Shown: positions 26,232 to 35,404 of the stretch, piece after piece
Layout: each line of letters opens with the position of its first letter
Position numbering within the stretch: position 1 is the first letter of the stretch
Source of the DNA: a virus
IMG/VR virus record: IMGVR_UViG_3300046542_000271
Span: 32,001 to 96,000 of that record
Direction: 5' to 3' (one strand)
Length of the DNA stretch: 64,000 nucleotides
Program-made: the position numbers and the translations under genes
The notes under the pieces: generated by a model
The model's input: only the letters and a program-made list of their open reading frames with translations
Databases searched by the model: none
What the model was told of the DNA's origin: nothing

Positions 26232-29200
26232 ATGGACACTAACGAGGTTAGCGGACAGTCTCGAGTTGAGCAGTTCCGTGACTTGTCTGAAACGGACAAG
26301 AACGTTATTAAACGCCTTACCGTCGACAGAGCCAATAAGAAAGGTGGCGGCACCGATCGTCTGGATCTGTCTCCGTTGTCTGGCGTGTTTCGCCGTACGC
26401 TGCGTGATGCAACGGACATCCGTAACATCTTCCAGACGATGCCGGACCTTCACCTTCCGCGTGAAATCCTCATCAGTGCCATCATGTCACCAGGGGATCT
26501 CTCGCAACAAACCCTGATCTTCGGCAACGACATGAAAGGCTGTGATACAGCCCTCACGGCGCCTCTGGTTAAGAACCTTGAAGACTTCTTTATCACTATA
26601 AAGAAGACGGACACCAAGGTTGCCGAATGGGTAGACGACGCCCTTATCTGGTCTGGTGCTCACCCGATCCTCATCATCCCCGAAGCCACACTCGACCGGT
26701 TGGTCCTGGGTGACGACGATGCGTCGATGGAATCCATCAGCTCGTACGGTGGTGAGTTTGTCGATGGGTGGTACAAACCCAAAGGTATTTTCGGCCTTAG
26801 CGTACCGACGGTAGACGGTCACGCATACGTTTCGATGGAGTCCGCAAGCGGTCGCATCCGCCAAGGCTCCATGGCTGAATATCATACAATCAAGACGACG
26901 AGGGGTGAGAAGAAGCTCAGTCTGCCTATTCGCGTGACTGACAACATGGCCGTGTTGCGCACTCCGGCTGTCCAGAAGATGAAACGCAGTCGCGTGATGG
27001 AAAATGCTTATGGCACTCCATCGCTTGAAGCGCGTAAACGTCAGCGTAAAGCGGACAATCAGAAAGACGCGCCAGATGCCTCGTCGATCTACAACAAGTT
27101 CTATCGTCAGCCACAACAAGTGCGCCGTAGCCGCCTCCAGGTGGTGCCTAGCGGTAAACAAGCTGGCGGGGGTAACGCAGGTCACCCACTCGAGTATCAC
27201 CTCTCCACTGAAGCGGTGATGCCGGTCTGCGTACCTGGTGATGAATCCAACCACGTTGGGTACATTATCCTTCTGGATGCCAACGGCTATCCGATCAGCT
27301 ACAGTCGCCGTCTGAACTACTACGATGACATCCGTCGCAGCAGTGGCGGTACTGACAACGCCGGTAGCTCTGGCGGTGTGGCCGGTGAACTGATCCAGAT
27401 GTCGAAGGAAGCGATCGTTGGTGGTATTGCCAACGCCTCTGACACTCAGATCGATCGTCTGGCTGACTTGCACGCTGACCTGGTGGATGCTGACATCGTA
27501 GCCCGTTTCCGGACTGGCATGATGGGTGGTGACTTCGAGCTCACTCACACCGAGCACATTGACCGTCTGATGTTTGCACGGACAATGAAGAACCAACTGA
27601 CCACCATGCTCTACGTACCTGCTGAGCTCATGATCTACATGGCTTATGAGTACAACGAGTTTGGTATCGGTAAGTCGATCCTGGAAGATGCCAAGTCGCT
27701 CGCTGCTATGCGCGCCGCTGTTACCGTGGCTAACGTGATTGGTTCGACCAAGAACGCGATCCCTGGTAAGGACATCAACATCGAGCTGCCTGAGGATGAC
27801 GGTGACCCACTGGGTACTGCTACCTTCATGGCAAACGAAGCGTTGGGTCTGGCGTATCACCAGTTCCCGATGGCGATCAGTTCGACTGTGGGTCTGGCTG
27901 AGCAACTCCAGATGTCGTCCTTCTCGGTCAACGTAACGGGTAACCCTCGGTTCCCTGAAGTGAAGACCTCCATCTCTCCGCGTGAGTCCAGTTTCGCTCA
28001 GATCGATAACGACCTGCAACAGCAGCTGCGTGATGACCTGACGCGGGTATTCGGCCTGACGCCTGAAATGGTGGACAACGTCAACCAGCCTGAGTTTGCA
28101 ACGACAGCTGTGCAGAACAGCCTGATGCTGCAAAAACGTGTGATGGTGATCCAGGGTAAGACCAACCCGATGCTGACCGACTACGTGCGTATCTTTACGT
28201 ACAACTCGGGTATCCTCATCGGTGAGCTGATGGAGATCGTCGAGCAGAACGCTAAGTTGCTGCCTGATGACTACAAACAGGATCCTGAAGGCTTCCTGGA
28301 AGAGTTCCTGAATAACCTGACTGTTAAGTTGCCGGCTCCTGAGAACGACAACCTGACCAAGCAGATGGAACTGTTCAACAACTTCAGCGAAACACTGGAC
28401 AAGGCTCTGCCAGCTTACATCCGTGAAGAATACTTCGATGGCTACGCGCCTGACAAGATCAAGGAAGCCATGACAACTGTTGTGGAATCCTGGAAAGGCG
28501 TGATTCTGCGTCAATGGATGCGTAAGCGCGGTATCCTGCGTGAGTTGGACGTCTTCAGTTCTGCTGAGGATGGTAGCCCAATCATGGACCTGACCGAAGA
28601 GATGTCTAACCACGTCGAATCCGTCATGAAGTCCGTGGGTAGCTTCGCCAAGCGCGTGGCTAAGGACTCTGTCAAGCGTAAGAAGTCTACGGCTCAAACC
28701 GTGGATGAGCAGGACAAGGCGCAGAAGATGCTGGAAGAGCTGACCGCTGAGCCAGTTGATCCTAACGCTGAAGAAGACATGTACGGCGGTGGTCAGGATC
28801 TGGCCAACGGTAATGTCCCTGAAGAGCCTGACGATGAGTTTGGTGCTACTGACGGATTGGGTGATGGTACCGAAGGTGGCGATGTCAACGGTGATGGTAG
28901 CGATGATCTCAACATGGATCTGGGTGATGCTGAAGCGGGTGTTGATGCTAACACCAACGACAATGCGCTCACCGATACCAACGCTGACGCTACGGCAGAT
29001 GCAACTGCTGAGACCACCGATGCTACAGCTGATGCTAGCGCTGAACCTGCTTCGGCAGATGCGGATCTGGCTATCGACCTGGACGCTCCAGAAGGCGCTG
29101 AGACGCCAGACGCTGCTGAGCCTGCCGCTGATGCGGTTGAACCGGCTGCGCCTGCTGACGACGCTGCTGCGGCCCCTGAGGGTGAGCAGCCAGCTGACGT

Positions 29201-29498
29201 CGATACTGACTTGAACATTAACCTGGATGAGCCTCCAGTTGATGGGAAAGAAGGTGTGGAAGAAGAGGGTGGTGAGAAACCTACTGCTGAAGATGGTGAT
29301 CTCAACATCAACTTGGAAGAACCTGAAGTACCTGAGGAGGAGCCTGAGCCTGAGGTAACGGAAGAGGATCTCAAGCTTGATCTGGGTGAAGCGCCTGAAG
29401 TGAAGGACGATAAAGACAAGGATGACAAGAAAGGTAAGAAGGACGGTAAGGATGATCTGACGATCGACCTTGGCGAGCCTACTAAACCGAAGTCATAA
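26232..29498 (+). CDS. Probable portal protein (phiKZ gp129-like) with long acidic C-terminal tail
   Basis: Size, gene order, GIGKSILE motif, SME/SLE processing-like sites; last ~250 aa rich in D/E/A/P. Confidence 0.7.
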   Translation: MDTNEVSGQSRVEQFRDLSETDKNVIKRLTVDRANKKGGGTDRLDLSPLSGVFRRTLRDATDIRNIFQTMPDLHLPREILISAIMSPGDLSQQTLIFGNDMKGCDTALTAPLVKNLEDFFITIKKTDTKVAEWVDDALIWSGAHPILIIPEATLDRLVLGDDDASMESISSYGGEFVDGWYKPKGIFGLSVPTVDGHAYVSMESASGRIRQGSMAEYHTIKTTRGEKKLSLPIRVTDNMAVLRTPAVQKMKRSRVMENAYGTPSLEARKRQRKADNQKDAPDASSIYNKFYRQPQQVRRSRLQVVPSGKQAGGGNAGHPLEYHLSTEAVMPVCVPGDESNHVGYIILLDANGYPISYSRRLNYYDDIRRSSGGTDNAGSSGGVAGELIQMSKEAIVGGIANASDTQIDRLADLHADLVDADIVARFRTGMMGGDFELTHTEHIDRLMFARTMKNQLTTMLYVPAELMIYMAYEYNEFGIGKSILEDAKSLAAMRAAVTVANVIGSTKNAIPGKDINIELPEDDGDPLGTATFMANEALGLAYHQFPMAISSTVGLAEQLQMSSFSVNVTGNPRFPEVKTSISPRESSFAQIDNDLQQQLRDDLTRVFGLTPEMVDNVNQPEFATTAVQNSLMLQKRVMVIQGKTNPMLTDYVRIFTYNSGILIGELMEIVEQNAKLLPDDYKQDPEGFLEEFLNNLTVKLPAPENDNLTKQMELFNNFSETLDKALPAYIREEYFDGYAPDKIKEAMTTVVESWKGVILRQWMRKRGILRELDVFSSAEDGSPIMDLTEEMSNHVESVMKSVGSFAKRVAKDSVKRKKSTAQTVDEQDKAQKMLEELTAEPVDPNAEEDMYGGGQDLANGNVPEEPDDEFGATDGLGDGTEGGDVNGDGSDDLNMDLGDAEAGVDANTNDNALTDTNADATADATAETTDATADASAEPASADADLAIDLDAPEGAETPDAAEPAADAVEPAAPADDAAAAPEGEQPADVDTDLNINLDEPPVDGKEGVEEEGGEKPTAEDGDLNINLEEPEVPEEEPEPEVTEEDLKLDLGEAPEVKDDKDKDDKKGKKDGKDDLTIDLGEPTKPKS

Positions 29499-29506
29499 GT
29501 CCCTTT

Positions 29507-29547
29507 GGAGAGGAGTGGGTTTCGGCCCACTCCTGCTCTATTTTGTT
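29507..29547 (+). terminator. Intrinsic terminator
   Basis: aggagtggg-tttcgg-cccactcct followed by a T-rich tail. Confidence 0.75.
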
Positions 29548-29604
29548 GACGTAAATTTTTACAACGCGTAGTCATCAGATGAACTAATTTAATGCTTTAT
29601 CTAA

Positions 29605-29668
29605 GTGAGTGTAGTGAGGCGTAGCCGAACGAAACGAACGTGGTAGACAACGAACGAAGTGAGTGTCT
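29605..29668 (+). other. Two hairpins with GNA triloops and tandem G.A mismatches (ssDNA-type structure)
   Basis: gt-ga-gt-gta-gt-ga-ggc-GTA-gcc-ga-ac-gaa-ac-ga-ac and agac-a-ac-ga-ac-GAA-gt-ga-gt-gtct. Confidence 0.6.
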
Positions 29669-29713
29669 CTAGTGCTCTTAACTGTGTTCAGGAGGGGGAG
29701 GCTTTTATTACGC

Positions 29714-29745
29714 AAACTTCTCCGAGTGATACATTATTCAAGTGA
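29714..29745 (+). promoter_or_regulatory. Putative phage early promoter
   Basis: aaacttctccGAGTGATACATtattcaagTGA. Confidence 0.65.
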
Positions 29746-29770
29746 ATACACTAAGCTTAGGAGATATGGC

Positions 29771-30247
29771 ATGACTTTGCAACGAGTGACCATGGTACAG
29801 TCGTTAAAGCGAGACATTCTGGAACGCTCAGGTGTAGAAGTACCTACCCGTTTCGTTAACTGCATGATTTATGAAGATCTGCAAACCTTCGAAGATCTGT
29901 TGAAGGTCGATCCCAAACTCGCAATCAGGTTCCCTAACTTTGGCGCTCGTTGCGTTGATTTACTCAAGCGGATCCAACAGTCGCAAGATCCGGCTCTTCA
30001 TCAAAGTAATCAGCACATGTTGACCGCTGTACGGAATCAGACGGTAGATTTGATTACTCGTCTGCGTCAAGAGATTCCGGCCTTCAACTCACTCCATGAC
30101 GAAGAGCAAGTCTGGATCGTGACCAACGTGCGTCTGCATGACTTCGAGTCATTCAAGTCAGCTGCTCTGCAAAGCTACGCCAATGGTGGCACGCCTGAGC
30201 GTGTGCTGCGCATGGCCATGAATGAATTTGGCTTCAATAAGGGTTAG
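29771..30247 (+). CDS. Protein with RNA polymerase alpha-CTD-like N-terminal domain
   Basis: EVPTRFVNCMIYEDLQTFEDLL...RFPNFGARCVDLLK vs alpha-CTD pattern ELxVRxxNCLxxxxIxxIGDLV...PNLGKKSLxEIK. Confidence 0.6.
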   Translation: MTLQRVTMVQSLKRDILERSGVEVPTRFVNCMIYEDLQTFEDLLKVDPKLAIRFPNFGARCVDLLKRIQQSQDPALHQSNQHMLTAVRNQTVDLITRLRQEIPAFNSLHDEEQVWIVTNVRLHDFESFKSAALQSYANGGTPERVLRMAMNEFGFNKG

Positions 30248-30257
30248 GGGATCCGAC

Positions 30258-30935
30258 ATGTCTTTGAAAAGAACACTCACTACGCAAGAACGTGTGGACC
30301 TTGCAGTCAAGGCTGGTTACTGGGCAGATATCACAGAGTTCGTCAGGATGCATGATGGTCAGGGCGCTACTGGCGCTGAAACCGGTAACGGCGTCATCTC
30401 TATCGCTGAACCCTCTGGTACACCTAAGGTGTACAGTGCGTTACCTGGCTATGCATTCCCAGCTATCGATTGTTATCTGAACACTTTCGGGATTCCGTTA
30501 GATGTTGAAGTCGAGACGCCTGCGGTATCCGCACCCAAAGCGTCTATGCTGTCAATGGCTCATTTGCAGTATGCCAACCATTGCCACGAGCAGGCGGCGT
30601 ACTTTGAATCTCAATCGGGTAAGACCTGCTCTGGTCGATTGAAGGAGGATGCGGAATACGCCGCAGCACACACTGCCTTCTCGATGATTGAAGAGATCGT
30701 CCAGAAACATCCGATCGAGATCCATGGTGCCACGATACTCGTCGATGACGTCAATGCGATCCGCACACTCAAGTTGGCCAGTGGTCGGATGGTCTGCCAG
30801 GCTAAGGGCTTCGCCGGTTACGGTTACTACAAACCCGATGGCTACACAAGCCACATGTCGGTTGATGACATCCTCAACCACGAAATCAACGAACTCGCCA
30901 ACGTTCTGCACGATAAAGGCCTGGGTCTCAATTAA
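30258..30935 (+). CDS. Hypothetical protein
   Basis: AGGGG SD; operon context. Confidence 0.65.
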   Translation: MSLKRTLTTQERVDLAVKAGYWADITEFVRMHDGQGATGAETGNGVISIAEPSGTPKVYSALPGYAFPAIDCYLNTFGIPLDVEVETPAVSAPKASMLSMAHLQYANHCHEQAAYFESQSGKTCSGRLKEDAEYAAAHTAFSMIEEIVQKHPIEIHGATILVDDVNAIRTLKLASGRMVCQAKGFAGYGYYKPDGYTSHMSVDDILNHEINELANVLHDKGLGLN

Positions 30936-30945
30936 GGAGTTTCAC

Positions 30946-31770
30946 ATGCGTCAAGAAGTATTCAACGATTTCATCCGCAGCTTCCGTATAAACCCTGCTG
31001 AACTCACTGCCCTCACGAAGCTGTACCTCTCGTACAACGTGCGTCAGGAACTACATCGTAGCAACGCTAATCCGGTGATCGTCCTCGATGGGAATGAGAT
31101 CAGCCTCGACTCTTGGGATGTCGGCATCAACGGCGAGGTGGCTATCGAACACTTCGCAGAGAGTCAAAGTGCACCGCATGGCGTCATGTTGAACTTCGGG
31201 CACGGTTTAAAGGTTCCGTTGTTCAATACCTGGGGCGTACCAACGAAACCTCCACTCGGTACCGGCGACAACGAACCGGCGGTCGAAGATCGTAAAGACC
31301 GTCGCCGTGAAGAGGTACGCATGGAACGCGTCGACTGCGAGCGCCATATGGACGCGGTGGATATCCAGATCCTGCGTAACGTTTACAGTAAGTGGTCCAA
31401 GACCTTGCTTGACCTGATGCAAGGCTGGTGGCAGGTAGCAGTACCCGCGAAGGTATACAAGAAGTTCTCTGTGGGTCAGATCGTCTACCTCATCGGTGAA
31501 AAAGATCTACTGAATGCCGCCTGGGAAGTACGCAGTACGGGCATTGCCGGTGATCGAGACATCGAAGGGTGTCATCTGATGTCCGGCGCTATTGAGCCGA
31601 TGTGTAGCGGTCACTGCGGTACCGAACAAGAATGGCTGAAGTGTCATGCGGTTAATACCCGGATGCGTGAACAGATGGTTCCTACCGACGAAGAAAAGGA
31701 GTTCATCGATGTGGCAAGAGACTTCATCGAGCGGAATTTCCGCCCGAAAGACCCACGCGATGCGCGCTAA
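30946..31770 (+). CDS. Hypothetical protein, Cys/His cluster near C-terminus
   Basis: AAGGAG SD. Confidence 0.7.
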   Translation: MRQEVFNDFIRSFRINPAELTALTKLYLSYNVRQELHRSNANPVIVLDGNEISLDSWDVGINGEVAIEHFAESQSAPHGVMLNFGHGLKVPLFNTWGVPTKPPLGTGDNEPAVEDRKDRRREEVRMERVDCERHMDAVDIQILRNVYSKWSKTLLDLMQGWWQVAVPAKVYKKFSVGQIVYLIGEKDLLNAAWEVRSTGIAGDRDIEGCHLMSGAIEPMCSGHCGTEQEWLKCHAVNTRMREQMVPTDEEKEFIDVARDFIERNFRPKDPRDAR

Positions 31771-31993
31771 CAACATCGCAGAGCTTCGTCCTCTCATCGG
31801 TCTGGCTCTGAAGATGGAGTTAGGTCGGTGGAAGGTCATCTGTAGTGACGGCATCGCTAAAGAAATCCACGTCAAAGCGGGTAACGTGATTTTCATCTTC
31901 AAAGTAGACGAGGTGAATATCGGTTACCTGGCACCCGGTGATGAAGTCCATGTGAACATCGCCACCGGTAAACTGACGCACGTACACCGTTAA
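31760..31993 (+). CDS. Small beta-rich hypothetical protein
   Basis: Overlapping start with previous gene. Confidence 0.55.
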   Translation: MRANNIAELRPLIGLALKMELGRWKVICSDGIAKEIHVKAGNVIFIFKVDEVNIGYLAPGDEVHVNIATGKLTHVHR

Positions 31994-32020
31994 CAACCAA
32001 AGCAATTGAGGGAAGGGAAG

Positions 32021-32605
32021 ATGGACCCAAAGCTGATGAAAGCTATTAATGAACAAATGCCCAGCCTTACAGTGGATGAGGTTTCTTGTAAGATCAATCA
32101 GGCTGGCCTGTACGGAACCTTCAGGAAACCGATGGAGTTAAAACTGAGTGATGATCGGGTCAGTATCCTGGACGTTGTCTTCAGCCAGGTAGACATGGAG
32201 GTCGCTCCAGCGGCAACCGCACTGCGTAAGACGATCTTCATCATTGAAGATATCGCCACTGGCGAAGTGCACGTCAGTGAAAACTCTCGCCGTAGCTTTG
32301 GCATCAAGTTGATCCAGGCCGGCAACCTCGGCACGCTCTTCAAGGAACGTTTCGGTAAGGACTTCAAAGGCAAGATCCGCGTATGGTGGGGACACGAAAA
32401 CGCCACCACTGAAAAGTACAACGTTGAAACCTACCTGATGCCCAGGCTGGTTGACAAGAAGCGCGCTGACGATCGTGCAAATGTACTGCGTCGGGCCTAC
32501 GACTCGATGGATATCGAGATGCGTCAACGATGGCGGGAGCGGTACCCTTACACTGCGGAGGTAGTACTGAAAGGCCATGAAGATTATCATCTCCGGAGGG
32601 CTTGA
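32021..32605 (+). CDS. Hypothetical protein (weak GIY-YIG-like hairpin)
   Basis: KTIFIIEDIATGEVHVSEN. Confidence 0.6.
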   Translation: MDPKLMKAINEQMPSLTVDEVSCKINQAGLYGTFRKPMELKLSDDRVSILDVVFSQVDMEVAPAATALRKTIFIIEDIATGEVHVSENSRRSFGIKLIQAGNLGTLFKERFGKDFKGKIRVWWGHENATTEKYNVETYLMPRLVDKKRADDRANVLRRAYDSMDIEMRQRWRERYPYTAEVVLKGHEDYHLRRA

Positions 32606-32606
32606 C

Positions 32607-32864
32607 ATGTCGGACAGTAATCGCGATAAGCAGATCGTTAAGCGTCTGACTGAGTTCGTTACCGATCATCGGGGGCGAATCAAGCCAGAAGAGTTGGCTG
32701 CGGTTGACGCGTTCATCGCAGAGGAGTTGTTGCATTGTGACGTGCTGTTCAGCTACGCGGTCCACGGCGATGAAATTACCGGATGTACCTACAGTTACCG
32801 GGTAGGCGATGCCGTCACCGATCGAACCGTGGTCGACATCAATGTCATCAACCCAGCTTCGTGA
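32607..32864 (+). CDS. Hypothetical protein (alternative start 32577)
   Basis: GGAGG SD before 32607. Confidence 0.6.
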   Translation: MSDSNRDKQIVKRLTEFVTDHRGRIKPEELAAVDAFIAEELLHCDVLFSYAVHGDEITGCTYSYRVGDAVTDRTVVDINVINPAS

Positions 32865-33220
32865 AGATTATAATCTCCGGCGGGCGTGATTACACGGACC
32901 GTGATTTCATCTACATGGTACTCGATCACGTTCATCGTGAACGGGTGATCACCCTCTTGATTGAAGGGGGTGCTAGGGGCGTGGATCGGATTGGGCGTGA
33001 GTGGGCCATTGACCGTGGTGTGCCTTATCACACAGAGCCTGCCGATTGGGACACGTACCCTAAATCCGCTGGACCTATTCGCAACAGAGTCATGTTGGCG
33101 ATTGAAGGTGTGGATGGCGTAGTTGCCTTCCCAGGCGGTAAAGGAACGACCGATATGGTCAAAGCGACTCGGCGGGTGAAGATACCTGTTTACCTACCGA
33201 GTTTTGATTTCAAGATATAA
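32861..33220 (+). CDS. SLOG superfamily YspA/DUF2493-like protein
   Basis: IIISGGRDY, EGGARGVD, ADW...AGPIRN and AFPGGKGT.DM motifs. Confidence 0.85.
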   Translation: MKIIISGGRDYTDRDFIYMVLDHVHRERVITLLIEGGARGVDRIGREWAIDRGVPYHTEPADWDTYPKSAGPIRNRVMLAIEGVDGVVAFPGGKGTTDMVKATRRVKIPVYLPSFDFKI

Positions 33221-33233
33221 AGGGGAATGCCCA

Positions 33234-33593
33234 ATGCAATATGCACAACACTTCATTGACTCCAGCGCTGGAGTGGGTGAGGTCGATTACGCCCGTGGCG
33301 AGGTTGACCATCTGGACGAGTTGCTCGACCTGGAGTTCGTCAAGCAATACGGCAACATCTTGATGGTCCGCTTCCATCCGACTGACCGGACGAAAGCCAA
33401 CCTGGTGTCCTTCAAGGATCAGCGGCCAACCATCCTGGCTGTACTCTCTGGGAACATCCAACCCACTGCCAACATCCCGGAATTCATTCCATCCCCAGTG
33501 GTGGACGTGACTCCCTTCGTGGTGCCTGAGAACTGGGGTCCTCCTCCTTCTCTTGATGACCTGTTTGCATCGGGTCTCGTAACAAAAGGCTAA
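33234..33593 (+). CDS. Hypothetical protein
   Basis: AAGGGG SD. Confidence 0.6.
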   Translation: MQYAQHFIDSSAGVGEVDYARGEVDHLDELLDLEFVKQYGNILMVRFHPTDRTKANLVSFKDQRPTILAVLSGNIQPTANIPEFIPSPVVDVTPFVVPENWGPPPSLDDLFASGLVTKG

Positions 33594-33638
33594 CCTGCGG
33601 TATCTGAACTCAACTAATAAGAATTCGAGGGTTCGATC

Positions 33639-34100
33639 ATGTCTGCACAGACAAGCAATGACTTCAAAGCGTTCGAGGAGTTTTACAAAGCTAACCGGGA
33701 TCACATCGACTTCAAAGAGAAGGGGTTGTGGGATCGGTTGCTGGAAGCTGATACACCTCAAGGATTTGAGTTCAAGATTACCGAAGGGGACAACTGTATC
33801 CATCTGTGCGTCAAGCATGGGTACGGCATCAACATGTACGTCAACAGCACCGCGATTGATCCGACTATGAATTACCTGATCTTTCGCGGTCAAGACGCTG
33901 TGGATAAGCTCGAGCAGATGTTGGACGATGGCACCATGGCCAAGACCCAGGCTCGCTTACCGATCTGCGTCAATGCATTACTAGGCGTTGTGGACGATGG
34001 CGTGCTCGCCGAGTTGTACATGTCCATGACAGAGAAGTGTGACAAGGTCACTGGGATTTATGCGACAGCCTGGAATGGGTTGATCACAATCGAATACTGA
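33639..34100 (+). CDS. Hypothetical protein, paralog of next gene
   Basis: FEEFYKANRD...WD. Confidence 0.65.
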   Translation: MSAQTSNDFKAFEEFYKANRDHIDFKEKGLWDRLLEADTPQGFEFKITEGDNCIHLCVKHGYGINMYVNSTAIDPTMNYLIFRGQDAVDKLEQMLDDGTMAKTQARLPICVNALLGVVDDGVLAELYMSMTEKCDKVTGIYATAWNGLITIEY

Positions 34101-34112
34101 AGGGGAAGCTTT

Positions 34113-34583
34113 ATGGAATCTGTAACAACACTGGCGTTCGAAAACTTCGTCGGTTTCTATCACGAAAACCGCGACCGCTTCGAGTTGTCTAGCCGTAAGA
34201 AGTGGGATGAGGTGACAGCCTCTTTGACCGTGCCGAATAACTTCTACTGGGCGTCTGAACGTAAAGATGGCTACGATGCCATGATCATCGGCTGGTCCAC
34301 CCGCGGTGGCCGTTATCAGTACGAGTTCCCGTTGTACGAAATCCACTACCATAAGTGGACCGGTAAGGCCGCATTAGGTCACATGGCTGACCTGGGCGAT
34401 AAGCTCGAAGAGTTGAACCCAACCCTGGGCGATGCGATGGCTTTGTTGATTGAATTCAATGACGACGTCGAAGACCTGGCCGTGTGGTACAACGTGGATA
34501 TCAACACAGGTAAGTTGTTGTTGTTCAAAGCCATCCGCGCTAAAGGCCTTCTCCAAGTCAAGGCTGAAATCGAAGAGGAATAA
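34113..34583 (+). CDS. Hypothetical protein, paralog of previous gene
   Basis: FVGFYHENRD...WD. Confidence 0.65.
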   Translation: MESVTTLAFENFVGFYHENRDRFELSSRKKWDEVTASLTVPNNFYWASERKDGYDAMIIGWSTRGGRYQYEFPLYEIHYHKWTGKAALGHMADLGDKLEELNPTLGDAMALLIEFNDDVEDLAVWYNVDINTGKLLLFKAIRAKGLLQVKAEIEEE

Positions 34584-34586
34584 CCC

Positions 34587-34937
34587 ATGTATTGCGGCTT
34601 CGATACACAAGCCGCTTTCATAGGGCACTGTCCTAGACTCATCGCTGAGTTAGATCGCATCACTGAGCTGGAGTATCCGAGCGGTACTAGTGATCTCTGG
34701 CTGGGTGACCTTGCGCTAGATCCACCTGCCGCATTGGCGTATATGTTCAAGCGCCGGATGTTAGACGCGCTGATCGGCAAGATGGACGTACGTGGACGGA
34801 ATGTCCGATACCTTGAACTGGTCTACGAAGCTGTAGACGATGAGGTACTCAAGTACGCAATCGCCTCTGGACATGTCAAACAACTGAAAATCAACAGCCG
34901 TGGTTATTACCTGGCTAACGGGGGAGTAGATAGATGA
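34587..34937 (+). CDS. Hypothetical protein
   Basis: GAGGA SD; operon packing. Confidence 0.6.
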   Translation: MYCGFDTQAAFIGHCPRLIAELDRITELEYPSGTSDLWLGDLALDPPAALAYMFKRRMLDALIGKMDVRGRNVRYLELVYEAVDDEVLKYAIASGHVKQLKINSRGYYLANGGVDR

Positions 34938-35347
34938 ACAATTATAACGCACGCATCCAAGATCTCATCCTCGAGATCAACGATACGTTGGCGCCTAAGC
35001 ACTTTGTAGAAGGTCATCCTGAACCGGCGGTGTTCCAGCATTATCGTCGGGAGATCATCGATTGTCCGAAACGTCCAATGGGCTGCATGCAGTTGGACTT
35101 GTCTGTCAAGACGCACATCGGACATGACCATCACCGTAGTGACATCATCGTCACGATCGATACCAATGCTCACACGACGTGCGAGCACAACTGGATGAAC
35201 TTCCACGCTCATCTGGTGAACTTCGAAATGAAGAGTCGTGGCAAGGTCTACGCACCTCTCACCTGTCGGATCATGACAGAGGATGGGGAAGATGGACAGC
35301 GCATGATCAAGTACTTGGTCGGCTTGTTGCAGAACCTAAAGGAATAG
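34934..35347 (+). CDS. Hypothetical protein
   Basis: ATGA overlap; GGGAG SD. Confidence 0.6.
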   Translation: MNNYNARIQDLILEINDTLAPKHFVEGHPEPAVFQHYRREIIDCPKRPMGCMQLDLSVKTHIGHDHHRSDIIVTIDTNAHTTCEHNWMNFHAHLVNFEMKSRGKVYAPLTCRIMTEDGEDGQRMIKYLVGLLQNLKE

Positions 35348-35352
35348 CGGTA

Positions 35353-35398
35353 GGATACCAGCAGGCACTACGCCTGCTGGTATCTGTTCTTTTTTTTT
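35353..35398 (+). terminator. Intrinsic terminator
   Basis: gataccagcaggc-actac-gcctgctggtatc followed by a T-tract. Confidence 0.85.
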
Positions 35399-35404
35399 GC
35401 AGTT

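Noticed and set aside
32021-32605. GIY-YIG homing endonuclease
   Set aside because: Only a degenerate hairpin resemblance; the GIY/YIG residues are not retained.
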